From NCBI RefSeq assembly GCF_009914755.1, contig NC_060943.1: a DNA stretch of 64,000 bases; one strand, 5' to 3'. This DNA comes from the human T2T-CHM13v2.0 reference genome, Homo sapiens. A program made the position numbers and the translations under genes. Under the pieces are notes generated by a model that saw nothing but the letters and a program-made list of their open reading frames with translations, searched no databases and had not been told where the DNA came from. Positions 27,613-41,399 of this stretch are shown piece after piece. Within the stretch, counting starts at the first letter, position 1; every line of letters starts with the position of its first letter.

Positions 27613-30600
27613 GAATTCTCAGTAACTTCCTTGTGTTGTGTGTATTCAACTCACAGAGTTGAACGATCCTTTACACAGAGCAGACTTGAAACACTCTTTT
27701 TGTGGAATTTGCAAGTGGAGATTTCAGCCGCTTTGAGGTCAATGGTAGAATAGGAAATATCTTCCTATAGAAACTAGACAGAATGATTCTCAGAAACTTC
27801 TTTGTGATGTGTGCGTTCAACTCACACAGTTTAACCTTTCTTTTCATAGAGCAGTTAGGAAACACTCTGTTTGTAAAGTCTGCAAGTGGATATTCACACC
27901 TCCTTGAGGCCTTCGTTGGAAACGGGATTTCTTCATATTATGCTAGACAGAAGAATTCTCAGTAACTTCGTTGTGTTGTGTGTATTCAACTCACAGAGTT
28001 GAACGATCCTTTACACAGAGCAGACTTGAAACACTCTTTTTGTGGAATTTGCAAGTGGATATTTCAGCCGCTTTGAGTTCAATGGTAGAATAGGAAATAT
28101 CTTCCTATAGAAACTAGACAGAATGATTCTCAGAAACTCCTTTGTGATGTGTGCGTTCAACTCACAGAGTTCAACCTTTCTTTTCATAGAGCAGTTGGGA
28201 AACACTCTGTTTGTAAAGTCTGCAAGTGGATATTCAGACTTCTTTGAGGCCTTCTTTGGAAGCGGGATTTCTTCATGTTCTGCTAGACAGAAGAATTCTC
28301 AGAAACTTCCTTGTGTTGTGTGTTTTCAACTCACAGAGTTGAACGATCCTTTACACAGAGCAGACTTGAAACACTCCTTTTGTGGAATTTGCAAGTGGAG
28401 ATTTCAGCCGCTTGGAGGTCAATGGTAGAATAGGAAATATCTTCCTATATAAAGAAGACAGAATGATTCTCAGAAACTCCTTTGTGATGTGTGCGTTCAA
28501 CTCACAGAGTTTAACCTTTCTTTTCATAGAGCAGTTAGGAAACACTCTGTTTGTAAAGTCTGCAAGTGGATATTCAGACCTCCTTGAGGCCTTCGTTGGA
28601 AGCGGGATTTCTTCATGTTCAGCTAGACAGAAGAATTCTCAGAAACTTCCTTGTGTTGTGTGTTTTCAACTCACAGAGTTGAACGATCCTTTACACAGAG
28701 CAGACTTGAAACACTCCTTTTGTGGAATTTGCAAGTGGAGATTTCAGCCGCTTTGAGGTCAATGGTAGAATAGGAAATATCTTCCTATAGAAACTAGACA
28801 GAATGATTCTCAGAAACTCCTTTGTGATGTGTGCGTTCAACTCACAGAGTTTAACATTTCTTTTCATAGAGCAGTTAGGAAACACTCTGTTTGTAAAGTC
28901 TGCAAGTGGATATTCAGACATCCTTGAGGCTTTCGTTGGAAACGGGATTTCTTCATATTCTGCTAGAAAGAAGAATTCTCAGTAACTTCCTTGTGTTGTG
29001 TGTATTCAACTCACAGAGTTGAACGATCCTTTACACAGAGCAGACTTGAAACACTCTTTTTGTGGAATTTGCAAGTGGAGATTTCAGCCGCTTTGAGTTC
29101 AATGGTAGAATAGGAAATATCTTCCTATAGAAACTAGACAGAATGATTCTCAGAAACTCCTTTGTGATGTGTGCGTTCAACTCACAGAGTTTAACCTTTC
29201 TTTTCATAGAGCAGTTGGGAAACACTCTGTTTGTAAAGTCTGCAAGTGGATATTCAGACATCTTTGAGGCTTTCGTTGGAAACGGGATTTCTTCATATTC
29301 TGCTAGAAAGAAGAATTCTCAGTAACTTCCTTGTGTTGTGTGTATTCAACTCACAGAGTTGAACGATCCTTTACACAGAGCAGACTTGAAACACTCTTTT
29401 TGTGGAATTTGCAAGTGGAGATTTCAGCCGCTTTGAGGTCAATGGTAGAATAGGAAATATCTTCCTATAGAAACTAGACAGAATGATTCTCAGAAACTTC
29501 TTTGTGATGTGTGCGTTCAACTCACACAGTTTAACGTTTCTTTTCATAGAGCAGTTAGGAAACACTCTGTTTGTAAAGTCTGCAAGTGGATATTCACACC
29601 TCCTTGAGGCCTTCGTTGGAAACGGGATTTCTTCATATTATGCTAGACAGAAGAATTCTCAGTAACTTCGTTGTGTTGTGTGTATTCAACTCACAGAGTT
29701 GAACGATCCTTTACACAGAGCAGACTTGAAACACTCTTTTTGTGGAATTTGCAAGTGGATATTTCAGCCGCTTTGAGTTCAATGGTAGAATAGGAAATAT
29801 CTTCCTATAGAAACTAGACAGAATGATTCTCAGAAACTCCTTTGTGATGTGTGCGTTCAACTCACAGAGTTCAACCTTTCTTTTCATAGAGCAGTTGGGA
29901 AACACTCTGTTTGTAAAGTCTGCAAGTGGATATTCAGACTTCTTTGAGGCCTTCTTTGGAAGCGGGATTTCTTCATGTTCTGCTAGACAGAAGAATTCTC
30001 AGAAACTTCCTTGTGTTGTGTGTTTTCAACTCACAGAGTTGAACGATCCTTTACACAGAGCAGACTTGAAACACTCCTTTTGTGGAATTTGCAAGTGGAG
30101 ATTTCAGCCGCTTTGAGGTCAATGGTAGAATAGGAAATATCTTCCTATATAAAGAAGACAGAATGATTCTCAGAAACTCCTTTGTGATGTGTGCGTTCAA
30201 CTCACAGAGTTTAACCTTTCTTTTCATAGAGCAGTTAGGAAACACTCTGTTTGTAAAGTCTGCAAGTGGATATTCAGACCTCCTTGAGGCCTTCGTTGGA
30301 AGCGGGATTTCTTCATGTTCAGCTAGACAGAAGAATTCTCAGAAACTTCCTTGTGTTGTGTGTTTTCAACTCACAGAGTTGAACGATCCTTTACACAGAG
30401 CAGACTTGAAACACTCCTTTTGTGGAATTTGCAAGTGGAGATTTCAGCCGCTTTGAGGTCAATGGTAGAATAGGAAATATCTTCCTATAGAAACTAGACA
30501 GAATGATTCTCAGAAACTCCTTTGTGATGTGTGCGTTCAACTCACAGAGTTTAACATTTCTTTTCATAGAGCAGTTAGGAAACACTCTGTTTGTAAAGTC

Positions 30601-31012
30601 TGCAAGTGGATATTCAGACATCCTTGAGGCTTTCGTTGGAAACGGGATTTCTTCATATTCTGCTAGAAAGAAGAATTCTCAGTAACTTCCTTGTGTTGTG
30701 TGTATTCAACTCACAGAGTTGAACGATCCTTTACACAGAGCAGACTTGAAACACTCTTTTTGTGGAATTTGCAAGTGGAGATTTCAGCCGCTTTGAGTTC
30801 AATGGTAGAATAGGAAATATCTTCCTATAGAAACTAGACAGAATGATTCTCAGAAACTCCTTTGTGATGTGTGCGTTCAACTCACAGAGTTTAACCTTTC
30901 TTTTCATAGAGCAGTTGGGAAACACTCTGTTTGTAAAGTCTGCAAGTGGATATTCAGACATCTTTGAGGCTTTCGTTGGAAACGGGATTTCTTCATATTC
31001 TGCTAGAAAGAA
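27613..31012 (+). repeat. Tandem duplication of 5 dimers (2 x 1700 bp)
   Basis: Markers recur at +1700: 27897/29597, 27970/29670, 28450/30150, 28856/30556. Confidence 0.88.
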
Positions 31013-34000
31013 GAATTCTCAGTAACTTCCTTGTGTTGTGTGTATTCAACTCACAGAGTTGAACGATCCTTTACACAGAGCAGACTTGAAACACTCTTTT
31101 TGTGGAATTTGCAAGTGGAGATTTCAGCCGCTTTGAGTTCAATGGTAGAATAGGAAATATCTTCCTATAGAAACTAGACAGAATGATTCTCAGAAACTCC
31201 TTTGTGATGTGTGCGTTCAACTCACAGAGTTCAACCTTTCTTTTAATAGAGCAGTTGGGAAACACTCTGTTTGTAAAGTCTGCAAGTGGATATTCAGACT
31301 TCTTTGAGGCCTTCGTTGGAAGCGGGATTTCTTCATATTCTGCTAGACAGAAGAATTCTCATAAACCTCCTTGTGTTGTGTGTATTCAACTCACAGAGTT
31401 GAACGACCCTTTACACAGAGCAGACTTGAAACACTCTTTTTGTGGAATTTGCAAGTGGAGATTTCAGCCGCTTTGAGGTCAATGGTAGAATAGGAAATAT
31501 CTTCCTATAGAAACTAGACAGAATGATTCTCAGAAACTCCTTTGTGATGTGTGCGTTCAACTCACAGAGTTTAACCTTTCTTTTCATAGAGCAGTTAGGA
31601 AACACTCTGTTTGTAAAGTCTGCAAGTGGATATTCAGACATCCTTGAGGCTTTCGTTGGAAACGGGATTTCTTCATATTCTGCTAGAAAGAAGAATTCTC
31701 AGTAACTTCCTTGTGTTGTGTGTATTCAACTCACAGAGTTGAACGATCCTTTACACAGAGCAGACTTGAAACACTCTTTTTGTGGAATTTGCAAGTGGAG
31801 ATTTCAGCCGCTTTGAGGTCAATGGTAGAATAGGAAATATCTTCCTATAGAAACTAGACAGAATGATTCTCAGAAACTTCTTTGTGATGTGTGCGTTCAA
31901 CTCACACAGTTTAACCTTTCTTTTCATAGAGCAGTTAGGAAACACTCTGTTTGTAAAGTCTGCAAGTGGATATTCACACCTCCTTGAGGCCTTCGTTGGA
32001 AACGGGATTTCTTCATATTATGCTAGACAGAAGAATTCTCAGTAACTTCCTTGTGTTGTGTGTATTCAACTCACAGAGTTGAACGATCCTTTACACAGAG
32101 CAGACTTGAAACACTCTTTTTGTGGAATTTGCAAGTGGATATTTCAGCCGCTTTGAGTTCAATGGTAGAATAGGAAATATCTTCCTATAGAAACTAGACA
32201 GAATGATTCTCAGAAACTCCTTTGTGATGTGTGCGTTCAACTCACAGAGTTCAACCTTTCTTTTCATAGAGCAGTTGGGAAACACTCTGTTTGTAAAGTC
32301 TGCAAGTGGATATTCAGACTTCTTTGAGGCCTTCTTTGGAAGCGGGATTTCTTCATGTTCTGCTAGACAGAAGAATTCTCAGAAACTTCCTTGTGTTGTG
32401 TGTTTTCAACTCACAGAGTTGAACGATCCTTTACACAGAGCAGACTTGAAACACTCCTTTTGTGGAATTTGCAAGTGGAGATTTCAGCCGCTTTGAGGTC
32501 AATGGTAGAATAGGAAATATCTTCCTATAGAAAGAAGACAGAATGATTCTCAGAAACTCCTTTGTGATGTGTGCGTTCAACTCACAGAGTTTAACCTTTC
32601 TTTTCATAGAGCAGTTAGGAAACACTCTGTTTGTAAAGTCTGCAAGTGGATATTCAGACCTCCTTGAGGCCTTCGTTGGAAGCGGGATTTCTTCATGTTC
32701 AGCTAGACAGAAGAATTCTCAGAAACTTCCTTGTGTTGTGTGTTTTCAACTCACAGAGTTGAACGATCCTTTACACAGAGCAGACTTGAAACACTCCTTT
32801 TGTGGAATTTGCAAGTGGAGATTTCAGCCGCTTTGAGGTCAATGGTAGAATAGGAAATATCTTCCTATAGAAAGTAGACAGAATGATTCTCAGAAACTCC
32901 TTTGTGATGTGTGCGTTCAACTCACAGAGTTTAACATTTCTTTTCATAGAGCAGTTAGGAAACACTCTGTTTGTAAAGTCTGCAAGTGGATATTCAGACA
33001 TCCTTGAGGCTTTCGTTGGAAACGGGATTTCTTCATATTCTGCTAGAAAGAAGAATTCTCAGTAACTTCCTTGTGTTGTGTGTATTCAACTCACAGAGTT
33101 GAACGATCCTTTACACAGAGCAGACTTGAAACACTCTTTTTGTGGAATTTGCAAGTGGAGATTTCAGCCGCTTTGAGTTCAATGGTAGAATAGGAAATAT
33201 CTTCCTATAGAAACTAGACAGAATGATTCTCAGAAACTCCTTTGTGATGTGTGCGTTCAACTCACAGAGTTTAACCTTTCTTTTCATAGAGCAGTTGGGA
33301 AACACTCTGTTTGTAAAGTCTGCAAGTGGATATTCAGACCTCCTTGAGGCCTTCGTTGGAAACGGGATTTCTTCATATTATGCTAGACAGAAGAATTCTC
33401 AGTAACTTCCTTGTGTTGTGTGCATTCAACTCACAGAGTTGAACGATCCTTTACACAGAGCAGACTTGAAACACTCTTTTTGTGGAATTTGCAAGTGGAG
33501 ATTTCAGCCGCTTTGAGTTCAATGGTAGAATAGGAAATATCTTCCTATAGAAACTAGACAGAATGATTCTCAGAAACTCCTCTGTGATGTGTGCGTTCAA
33601 CTCACAGAGTTCAACCTTTCTTTTAATAGAGCAGTTGGGAAACACTCTGTTTGTAAAGTCTGCAAGTGGATATTCAGACTTCTTTGAGGCCTTCGTTGGA
33701 AGCGGGATTTCTTCATATTCTGCTAGACAGAAGAATTCTCAGTAACTTCCTTGTGTTGTGTGTATTCAACTCACAGAGTTGAACGATCCTTTACACAGAG
33801 CAGACTTGAAACACTCTTTTTGTGGAATTTGCAAGTGGAGATTTCAGCCGCTTTGAGGTCAATGGTAGAATAGGAAATATCTTCCTATAGAAACTAGACA
33901 GAATGATTCTCAGAAACTCCTTTGTGATGTGTGCGTTCAACTCACAGAGTTTAACCTTTCTTTTCATAGAGCAGTTAGGAAACACTCTGTTTGTAAAGTC

Positions 34001-37000
34001 TGCAAGTGGATATTCAGACATCCTTGAGGCTTTCGTTGGAAACGGGATTTCTTCATATTCTGGTAGAAAGAAGAATTCTCAGTAACTTCCTTGTGTTGTG
34101 TGTATTCAACTCACAGAGTTGAACGATGCTTTACACAGAGCAGACTTGAAACACTCTTTTTGCGGAATTTGCAAGTGGAGATTTCAGCCGCTTTGAGGTC
34201 AATGGTAGAATAGGAAATATCTTCCTATAGAAACTAGACAGAATGATTCTCAGAAACTTCTTTGTGATGTGTGCGTTCAACTCACACAGTTTAACCTTTC
34301 TTTTCATAGAGCAGTTAGGAAACACTCTGTTTGTAAAGTCTGCAAGTGGATATTCAGACCTCCTTGAGGCCTTCGTTGGAAACGGGATTTCTTCATATTA
34401 TGCTAGACAGAAGAATTCTCAGTAACTTCCTTGTGTTGTGTGTATTCAACTCACAGAGTTGAACGATCCTTTACACAGAGCAGACTTGAAACACTCTTTT
34501 TGTGGAATTTGCAAGTGGATATTTCAGCCGCTTTGAGTTCAATGGTAGAATAGGAAATATCTTCCTATAGAAACTAGACAGAATGATTCTCAGAAACTCC
34601 TTTGTGATGTGTGCGTTCAACTCACAGAGTTCAACCTTTCTTTTCATAGAGCAGTTGGGAAACACTCTGTTTGTAAAGTCTGCAAGTGGATATTCAGACT
34701 TCTTTGAGGCCTTCTTTGGAAGCGGGATTTCTTCATGTTCTGCTAGACAGAAGAATTCTCAGAAACTTCCTTGTGTTGTGTGTTTTCAACTCACAGAGTT
34801 GAACGATCCTTTACACAGAGCAGACTTGAAACACTCCTTTTGTGGAATTTGCAAGTGGAGATTTCAGCCGCTTTGAGGTCAATGGTAGAATAGGAAATAT
34901 CTTCCTATAGAAAGTAGACAGAATGATTCTCAGAAACTCCTTTGTGATGTGTGCGTTCAACTCACAGAGTTTAACCTTTCTTTTCATAGAGCAGTTAGGA
35001 AACACTCTGTTTGTAAAGTCTGCAAGTGGATATTCAGACCTCCTTGAGGCCTTCGTTGGAAGCGGGATTTCTTCATGTTCAGCTAGACAGAAGAATTCTC
35101 AGAAACTTCCTTGTGTTGTGTGTTTTCAACTCACAGAGTTGAACGATCCTTTACACAGAGCAGACTTGAAACACTCCTTTTGTGGAATTTGCAAGTGGAG
35201 ATTTCAGCCGCTTTGAGGTCAATGGTAGAATAGGAAATATCTTCCTATAGAAACTAGACAGAATGATTCTCAGAAACTCCTTTGTGATGTGTGCGTTCAA
35301 CTCACAGAGTTTAACCTTTCTTTTCATAGAGCAGTTAGGAAACACTCTGTTTGTAAAGTCTGCAAGTGGATATTCAGACATCCTTGAGGCTTTCGTTGGA
35401 AACGGGATTTCTTCATATTCTGCTAGAAAGAAGAATTCTCAGTAACTTCCTTGTGTTGTGTGTTTTCAACTCACAGAGTTGAACGATCCTTTACACAGAG
35501 CAGACTTGAAACACTCTTTTTGTGGAATTTGCAAGTGGATATTTCAGCCGCTTTGAGTTCAATGGTAGAATAGGAAATATCTTCCTATAGAAACTAGACA
35601 GAATGATTCTCAGAAACTCCTTTGTGATGTGTGCGTTCAACTCACAGAGTTCAACCTTTCTTTTCATAGAGCAGTTGGGAAACACTCTGTTTGTAAAGTC
35701 TGCAAGTGGATATTCAGACTTCTTTGAGGCCTTCTTTGGAAGCGGGATTTCTTCATGTTCTGCTAGACAGAAGAATTCTCAGAAACTTCCTTGTGTTGTG
35801 TGTTTTCAACTCACAGAGTTGAACGATCCTTTACACAGAGCAGACTTGAAACACTCCTTTTGTGGAATTTGCAAGTGGAGATTTCAGCCGCTTTGAGGTC
35901 AATGGTAGAATAGGTAATATCTTCCTATAGAAAGTAGACAGAATGATTCTCAGAAACTCCTTTGTGATGTGTGCGTTCAACTCACAGAGTTTAACCTTTC
36001 TTTTCATAGAGCAGTTAGGAAACACTCTGTTTGTAAAGTCTGTAAGTGGATATTCAGACCTCCTTGAGGCCTTCGTTGGAAGCGGGATTTCTTCATGTTC
36101 AGCTAGACAGAAGAATTCTCAGAAACTTCCTTGTGTTGTGTGTTTTCAACTCACAGAGTTGAACGATCCTTTACACAGAGCAGACTTGAAACACTCCTTT
36201 TGTGGAATTTGCAAGTGGAGATTTCAGCCGCTTTGAGGTCAATGGTAGAATAGGAAATATCTTCCTATAGAAACTAGACAGAATGATTCTCAGAAACTCC
36301 TTTGTGATGTGTGCGTTCAACTCACAGAGTTTAACCTTTCTTTTCATAGAGCAGTTAGGAAACACTCTGTTTGTAAAGTCTGCAAGTGGATATTCAGACA
36401 TCCTTGAGGCTTTCGTTGGAAACGGGATTTCTTCATATTCTGCTAGAAAGAAGAATTCTCAGTAACTTCCTTGTGTTGTGTGTATTCAACTCACAGAGTT
36501 GAACGATCCTTTACACAGAGCAGACTTGAAACACTCTTTTTGTGGAATTTGCAAGTGGAGATTTCAGCCGCTTTGAGGTCAATGGTAGAATAGGAAATAT
36601 CTTCCTATAGAAACTAGACAGAATGATTCTCAGAAACTGCTTTGTGATGTGTGCGTTCAACTCACAGAGTTTAACCTTTCTTTTCATAGAGCAGTTAGGA
36701 AACACTCTGTTTGTAAAGTCTGCAAGTGGATATTCAGACCTCCTTGAGGCCTTCGTTGGAAACGGGATTTCTTCATATTATGCTAGACAGAAGAATTCTC
36801 AGTAACTTCCTTGTGTTGTGTGTATTCAACTCACAGAGTTGAACGATCCTTTACACAGAGCAGACTTGAAACACTCTTTTTGTGGAATTTGCAAGTGGAG
36901 ATTTCAGCCGCTTTGAGTTCAATGGTAGAATAGGAAATATCTTCCTATAGAAACTAGACAGAATGATTCTCAGAAACTCCTTTGTGATGTGTGCGTTCAA

Positions 37001-40000
37001 CTCACAGAGTTTAACCTTTCTTTTCATAGAGCAGTTGGGAAACACTCTGTTTGTAAAGTCTGCAAGTGGATATTCAGACATCCTTGAGGCTTTCGTTGGA
37101 AACGGGATTTCTTCATATTCTGCTAGAAAGAAGAATTCTCAGTAACTTCCTTGTGTTGTGTGTATTCAACTCACAGAGTTGAACGATCCTTTACACAGAG
37201 CAGACTTGAAACACTCTTTTTGTGGAATTTGCAAGTGGAGATTTCAGCCGCTTTGAGTTCAATGGTAGAATAGGAAATATCTTCCTATAGAAACTAGACA
37301 GAATGATTCTCAGAAACTCCTTTGTGATGTGTGCGTTCAACTCACAGAGTTCAACCTTTCTTTTAATAGAGCAGTTGGGAAACACTCTGTTTGTAAAGTC
37401 TGCAAGTGGATATTCAGACTTCTTTGAGGCCTTCGTTGGAAGCGGGATTTCTTCATATTCTGCTAGACAGAAGAATTCTCAGTAACTTCCTTGTGTTGTG
37501 TGTATTCAACTCACAGAGTTGAACGATCCTTTACACAGAGCAGACTTGAAACACTCTTTTTGTGGAATTTGCAAGTGGAGATTTCAGCCGCTTTGAGGTC
37601 AATGGTAGAATAGGAAATATCTTCCTATAGAAACTAGACAGAATGATTCTCAGAAACTCCTTTGTGATGTGTGCGTTCAACTCACAGAGTTTAACCTTTC
37701 TTTTCATAGAGCAGTTAGGAAACACTCTGTTTGTAAAGTCTGCAAGTGGATATTCAGACATCCTTGAGGCTTTCGTTGGAAACGGGATTTCTTCATATTC
37801 TGCTAGAAAGAAGAATTCTCAGTAACTTCCTTGTGTTGTGTGTATTCAACTCACAGAGTTGAACGATCCTTTACACAGAGCAGACTTGAAACACTCTTTT
37901 TGTGGAATTTGCAAGTGGAGATTTCAGCCGCTTTGAGGTCAATGGTAGAATAGGAAATATCTTCCTATAGAAACTAGACAGAATGATTCTCAGAAACTCC
38001 TTTGTGATGTGTGCGTTCAACTCACAGAGTTTAACCTTTCTTTTCATAGAGCAGTTAGGAAACACTCTGTTTGTAAAGTCTGCAAGTGGATATTCAGACC
38101 TCCTTGAGGCCTTCGTTGGAAACGGGATTTCTTCATATTATGCTAGACAGAAGAATTCTCAGTAACTTCCTTGTGTTGTGTGTATTCAACTCACAGAGTT
38201 GAACGATCCTTTACACAGAGCAGACTTGAAACACTCTTTTTGTGGAATTTGCAAGTGGATATTTCAGCCGCTTTGAGTTCAATGGTAGAATAGGAAATAT
38301 CTTCCTATAGAAACTAGACAGAATGATTCTCAGAAACTCCTTTGTGATGTGTGCGTTCAACTCACAGAGTTCAACCTTTCTTTTCATAGAGCAGTTGGGA
38401 AACACTCTGTTTGTAAAGTCTGCAGGTGGATATTCAGACTTCTTTGAGGCCTTCTTTGGAAGCGGGATTTCTTCATGTTCTGCTAGACAGAAGAATTCTC
38501 AGAAACTTCCTTGTGTTGTGTGTTTTCAACTCACAGAGTTGAACGATCCTTTACACAGAGCAGACTTGAAACACTCCTTTTGTGGAATTTGCAAGTGGAG
38601 ATTTCAGCCGCTTTGAGGTCAATGGTAGAATAGGAAATATCTTCCTATAGAAAGTAGACAGAATGATTCTCAGAAACTCCTTTGTGATGTGTGCGTTCAA
38701 CTCACAGAGTTTAACCTTTCTTTTCATAGAGCAGTTAGGAAACACTCTGTTTGTAAAGTCTGCAAGTGGATATTCAGACCTCCTTGAGGCCTTCGTTGGA
38801 AGCGGGATTTCTTCATGTTCAGCTAGACAGAAGAATTCTCAGAAACTTCCTTGTGTTGTGTGTTTTCAACTCACAGAGTTGAACGATCCTTTACACAGAG
38901 CAGACTTGAAACACTCCTTTTGTGGAATTTGCAAGTGGAGATTTCAGCCGCTTTGAGGTCAATGGTAGAATAGGAAATATCTTCCTATAGAAACTAGACA
39001 GAATGATTCTCAGAAACTCCTTTGTGATGTGTGCGTTCAACTCACAGAGTTTAACCTTTCTTTTCATAGAGCAGTTAGGAAACACTCTGTTTGTAAAGTC
39101 TGCAAGTGGATATTCAGACATCCTTGAGGCTTTCGTTGGAAACGGGATTTCTTCATATTCTGCTAGAAAGAAGAATTCTCAGTAACTTCCTTGTGTTGTG
39201 TGTATTCAACTCACAGAGTTGAACGATCCTTTACACAGAGCAGACTTGAAACACTCTTTTTGTGGAATTTGCAAGTGGAGATTTCAGCCGCTTTGAGTTC
39301 AATGGTAGAATAGGAAATATCTTCCTATAGAAACTAGACAGAATGATTCTCAGAAACTCCTTTGTGATGTGTGCGTTCAACTCACAGAGTTCAACCTTTC
39401 TTTTCATAGAGCAGTTGGGAAACACTCTGTTTGTAAAGTCTGCAAGTGGATATTCAGACTTCTTTGAGGCCTTCTTTGGAAGCGGGATTTCTTCATGTTC
39501 TGCTAGACACAAGAATTCTCAGAAACTTCCTTGTGTTGTGTGTTTTCAACTCACAGAGTTGAACGATCCTTTACACAGAGCAGACTTGAAACACTCCTTT
39601 TGTGGAATTTGCAAGTGGAGATTTCAGCCGCTTTGAGGTCAATGGTAGAATAGGAAATATCTTCCTATAGAAAGTAGACAGAATGATTCTCAGAAACTCC
39701 TTTGTGATGTGTGCGTTCAACTCACAGAGTTTAACCTTTCTTTTCATAGAGCAGTTAGGAAACACTCTGTTTGTAAAGTCTGCAAGTGGATATTCAGACC
39801 TCCTTGAGGCCTTCGTTGGAAGCGGGATTTCTTCATGTTCAGCTAGACAGAAGAATTCTCAGAAACTTCCTTGTGTTGTGTGTTTTCAACTCACAGAGTT
39901 GAACGATCCTTTACACAGAGCAGACTTGAAACACTCCTTTTGTGGAATTTGCAAGTGGAGATTTCAGCCGCTTTGAGGTCAACGGTAGAATAGGAAATAT

Positions 40001-41399
40001 CTTCCTATAGAAACTAGACAGAATGATTCTCAGAAACTCCTTTGTGATGTGTGCGTTCAACTCACAGAGTTTAACCTTTCTTTTCATAGAGCAGTTAGGA
40101 AACACTCTGTTTGTAAAGTCTGCAAGTGGATATTCAGACATCCTTGAGGCTTTCGTTGGAAACGGGATTTCTTCATATTCTGCTAGAAAGAAGAATTCTC
40201 AGTAACTTCCTTGTGTTGTGTGTATTCAACTCACAGAGTTGAACGATCCTTTACACAGAGCAGACTTGAAACACTCTTTTTGTGGAATTTGCAAGTGGAG
40301 ATTTCAGCCGCTTTGAGGTCAATGGTAGAATAGGAAATATCTTCCTATAGAAACTAGACAGAATGATTCTCAGAAACTGCTTTGTGATGTGTGCGTTCAA
40401 CTCACAGAGTTTAACCTTTCTTTTCATAGAGCAGTTGGGAAACACTCTGTTTGTAAAGTCTGCATGTGGATATTCAGACATCCTTGAGGCTTTCGTTGGA
40501 AACGGGATTTCTTCATATTCTGCTAGAAAGAAGAATTCTCAGTAACTTCCTTGTGTTGTGTGTTTTCAACTCACAGAGTTGAACGATCCTTTACACAGAG
40601 CAGACTTGAAACACTCCTTTTGTGGAATTTGCAAGTGGAGATTTCAGCCGCTTTGAGGTCAATGGTAGAATAGGAAATATCTTCCTATAGAAAGTAGACA
40701 GAATGATTCTCAGAAACTCCTTTGTGATGTGTGCGTTCAACTCACAGAGTTTAACCTTTCTTTTCATAGAGCAGTTAGGAAACACTCTGTTTGTAAAGTC
40801 TGCAAGTGGATATTCAGACCTCCTTGAGGCCTTCGTTGGAAACGGGATTTCTTCATATTATGCTAGACAGAAGAATTCTCAGTAACTTCCTTGTGTTGTG
40901 TGTATTCAACTCACAGAGTTGAACGATCCTTTACACAGAGCAGACTTGAAACACTCTTTTTGTGGAATTTGCAAGTGGAGATTTCAGCCGCTTTGAGTTC
41001 AATGGTAGAATAGGAAATATCTTCCTATAGAAACTAGACAGAATGATTCTCAGAAACTCCTTTGTGATGTGTGCGTTCAACTCACAGAGTTTAACCTTTC
41101 TTTTCATAGAGCAGTTGGGAAACACTCTGTTTGTAAAGTCTGCAAGTGGATATTCAGACATCCTTGAGGCTTTCGTTGGAAACGGGATTTCTTCATATTC
41201 TGCTAGAAAGAAGAATTCTCAGTAACTTCCTTGTGTTGTGTGTATTCAACTCACAGAGTTGAACGATCCTTTACACAGAGCAGACTTGAAACACTCTTTT
41301 TGTGGAATTTGCAAGTGGAGATTTCAGCCGCTTTGAGGTCAAAGGTAGAATAGGAAATATCTTCCTATAGAAACTAGACAGAATGATTCTCAGAAACTC

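Noticed and set aside
27966-27982. Apparent new CENP-B box created by C>G (CTTCGTTG at ~27970, 29670, 43610)
   Set aside because: Only the 5' half matches; the required A..CGGG part is absent (TGTTGTGTG follows).
28382-28756. Longest ORF (124 aa, also at 30082)
   Set aside because: It arises from chance loss of stop codons in satellite variants within the 1700-bp duplication, and its start codon is GTG.
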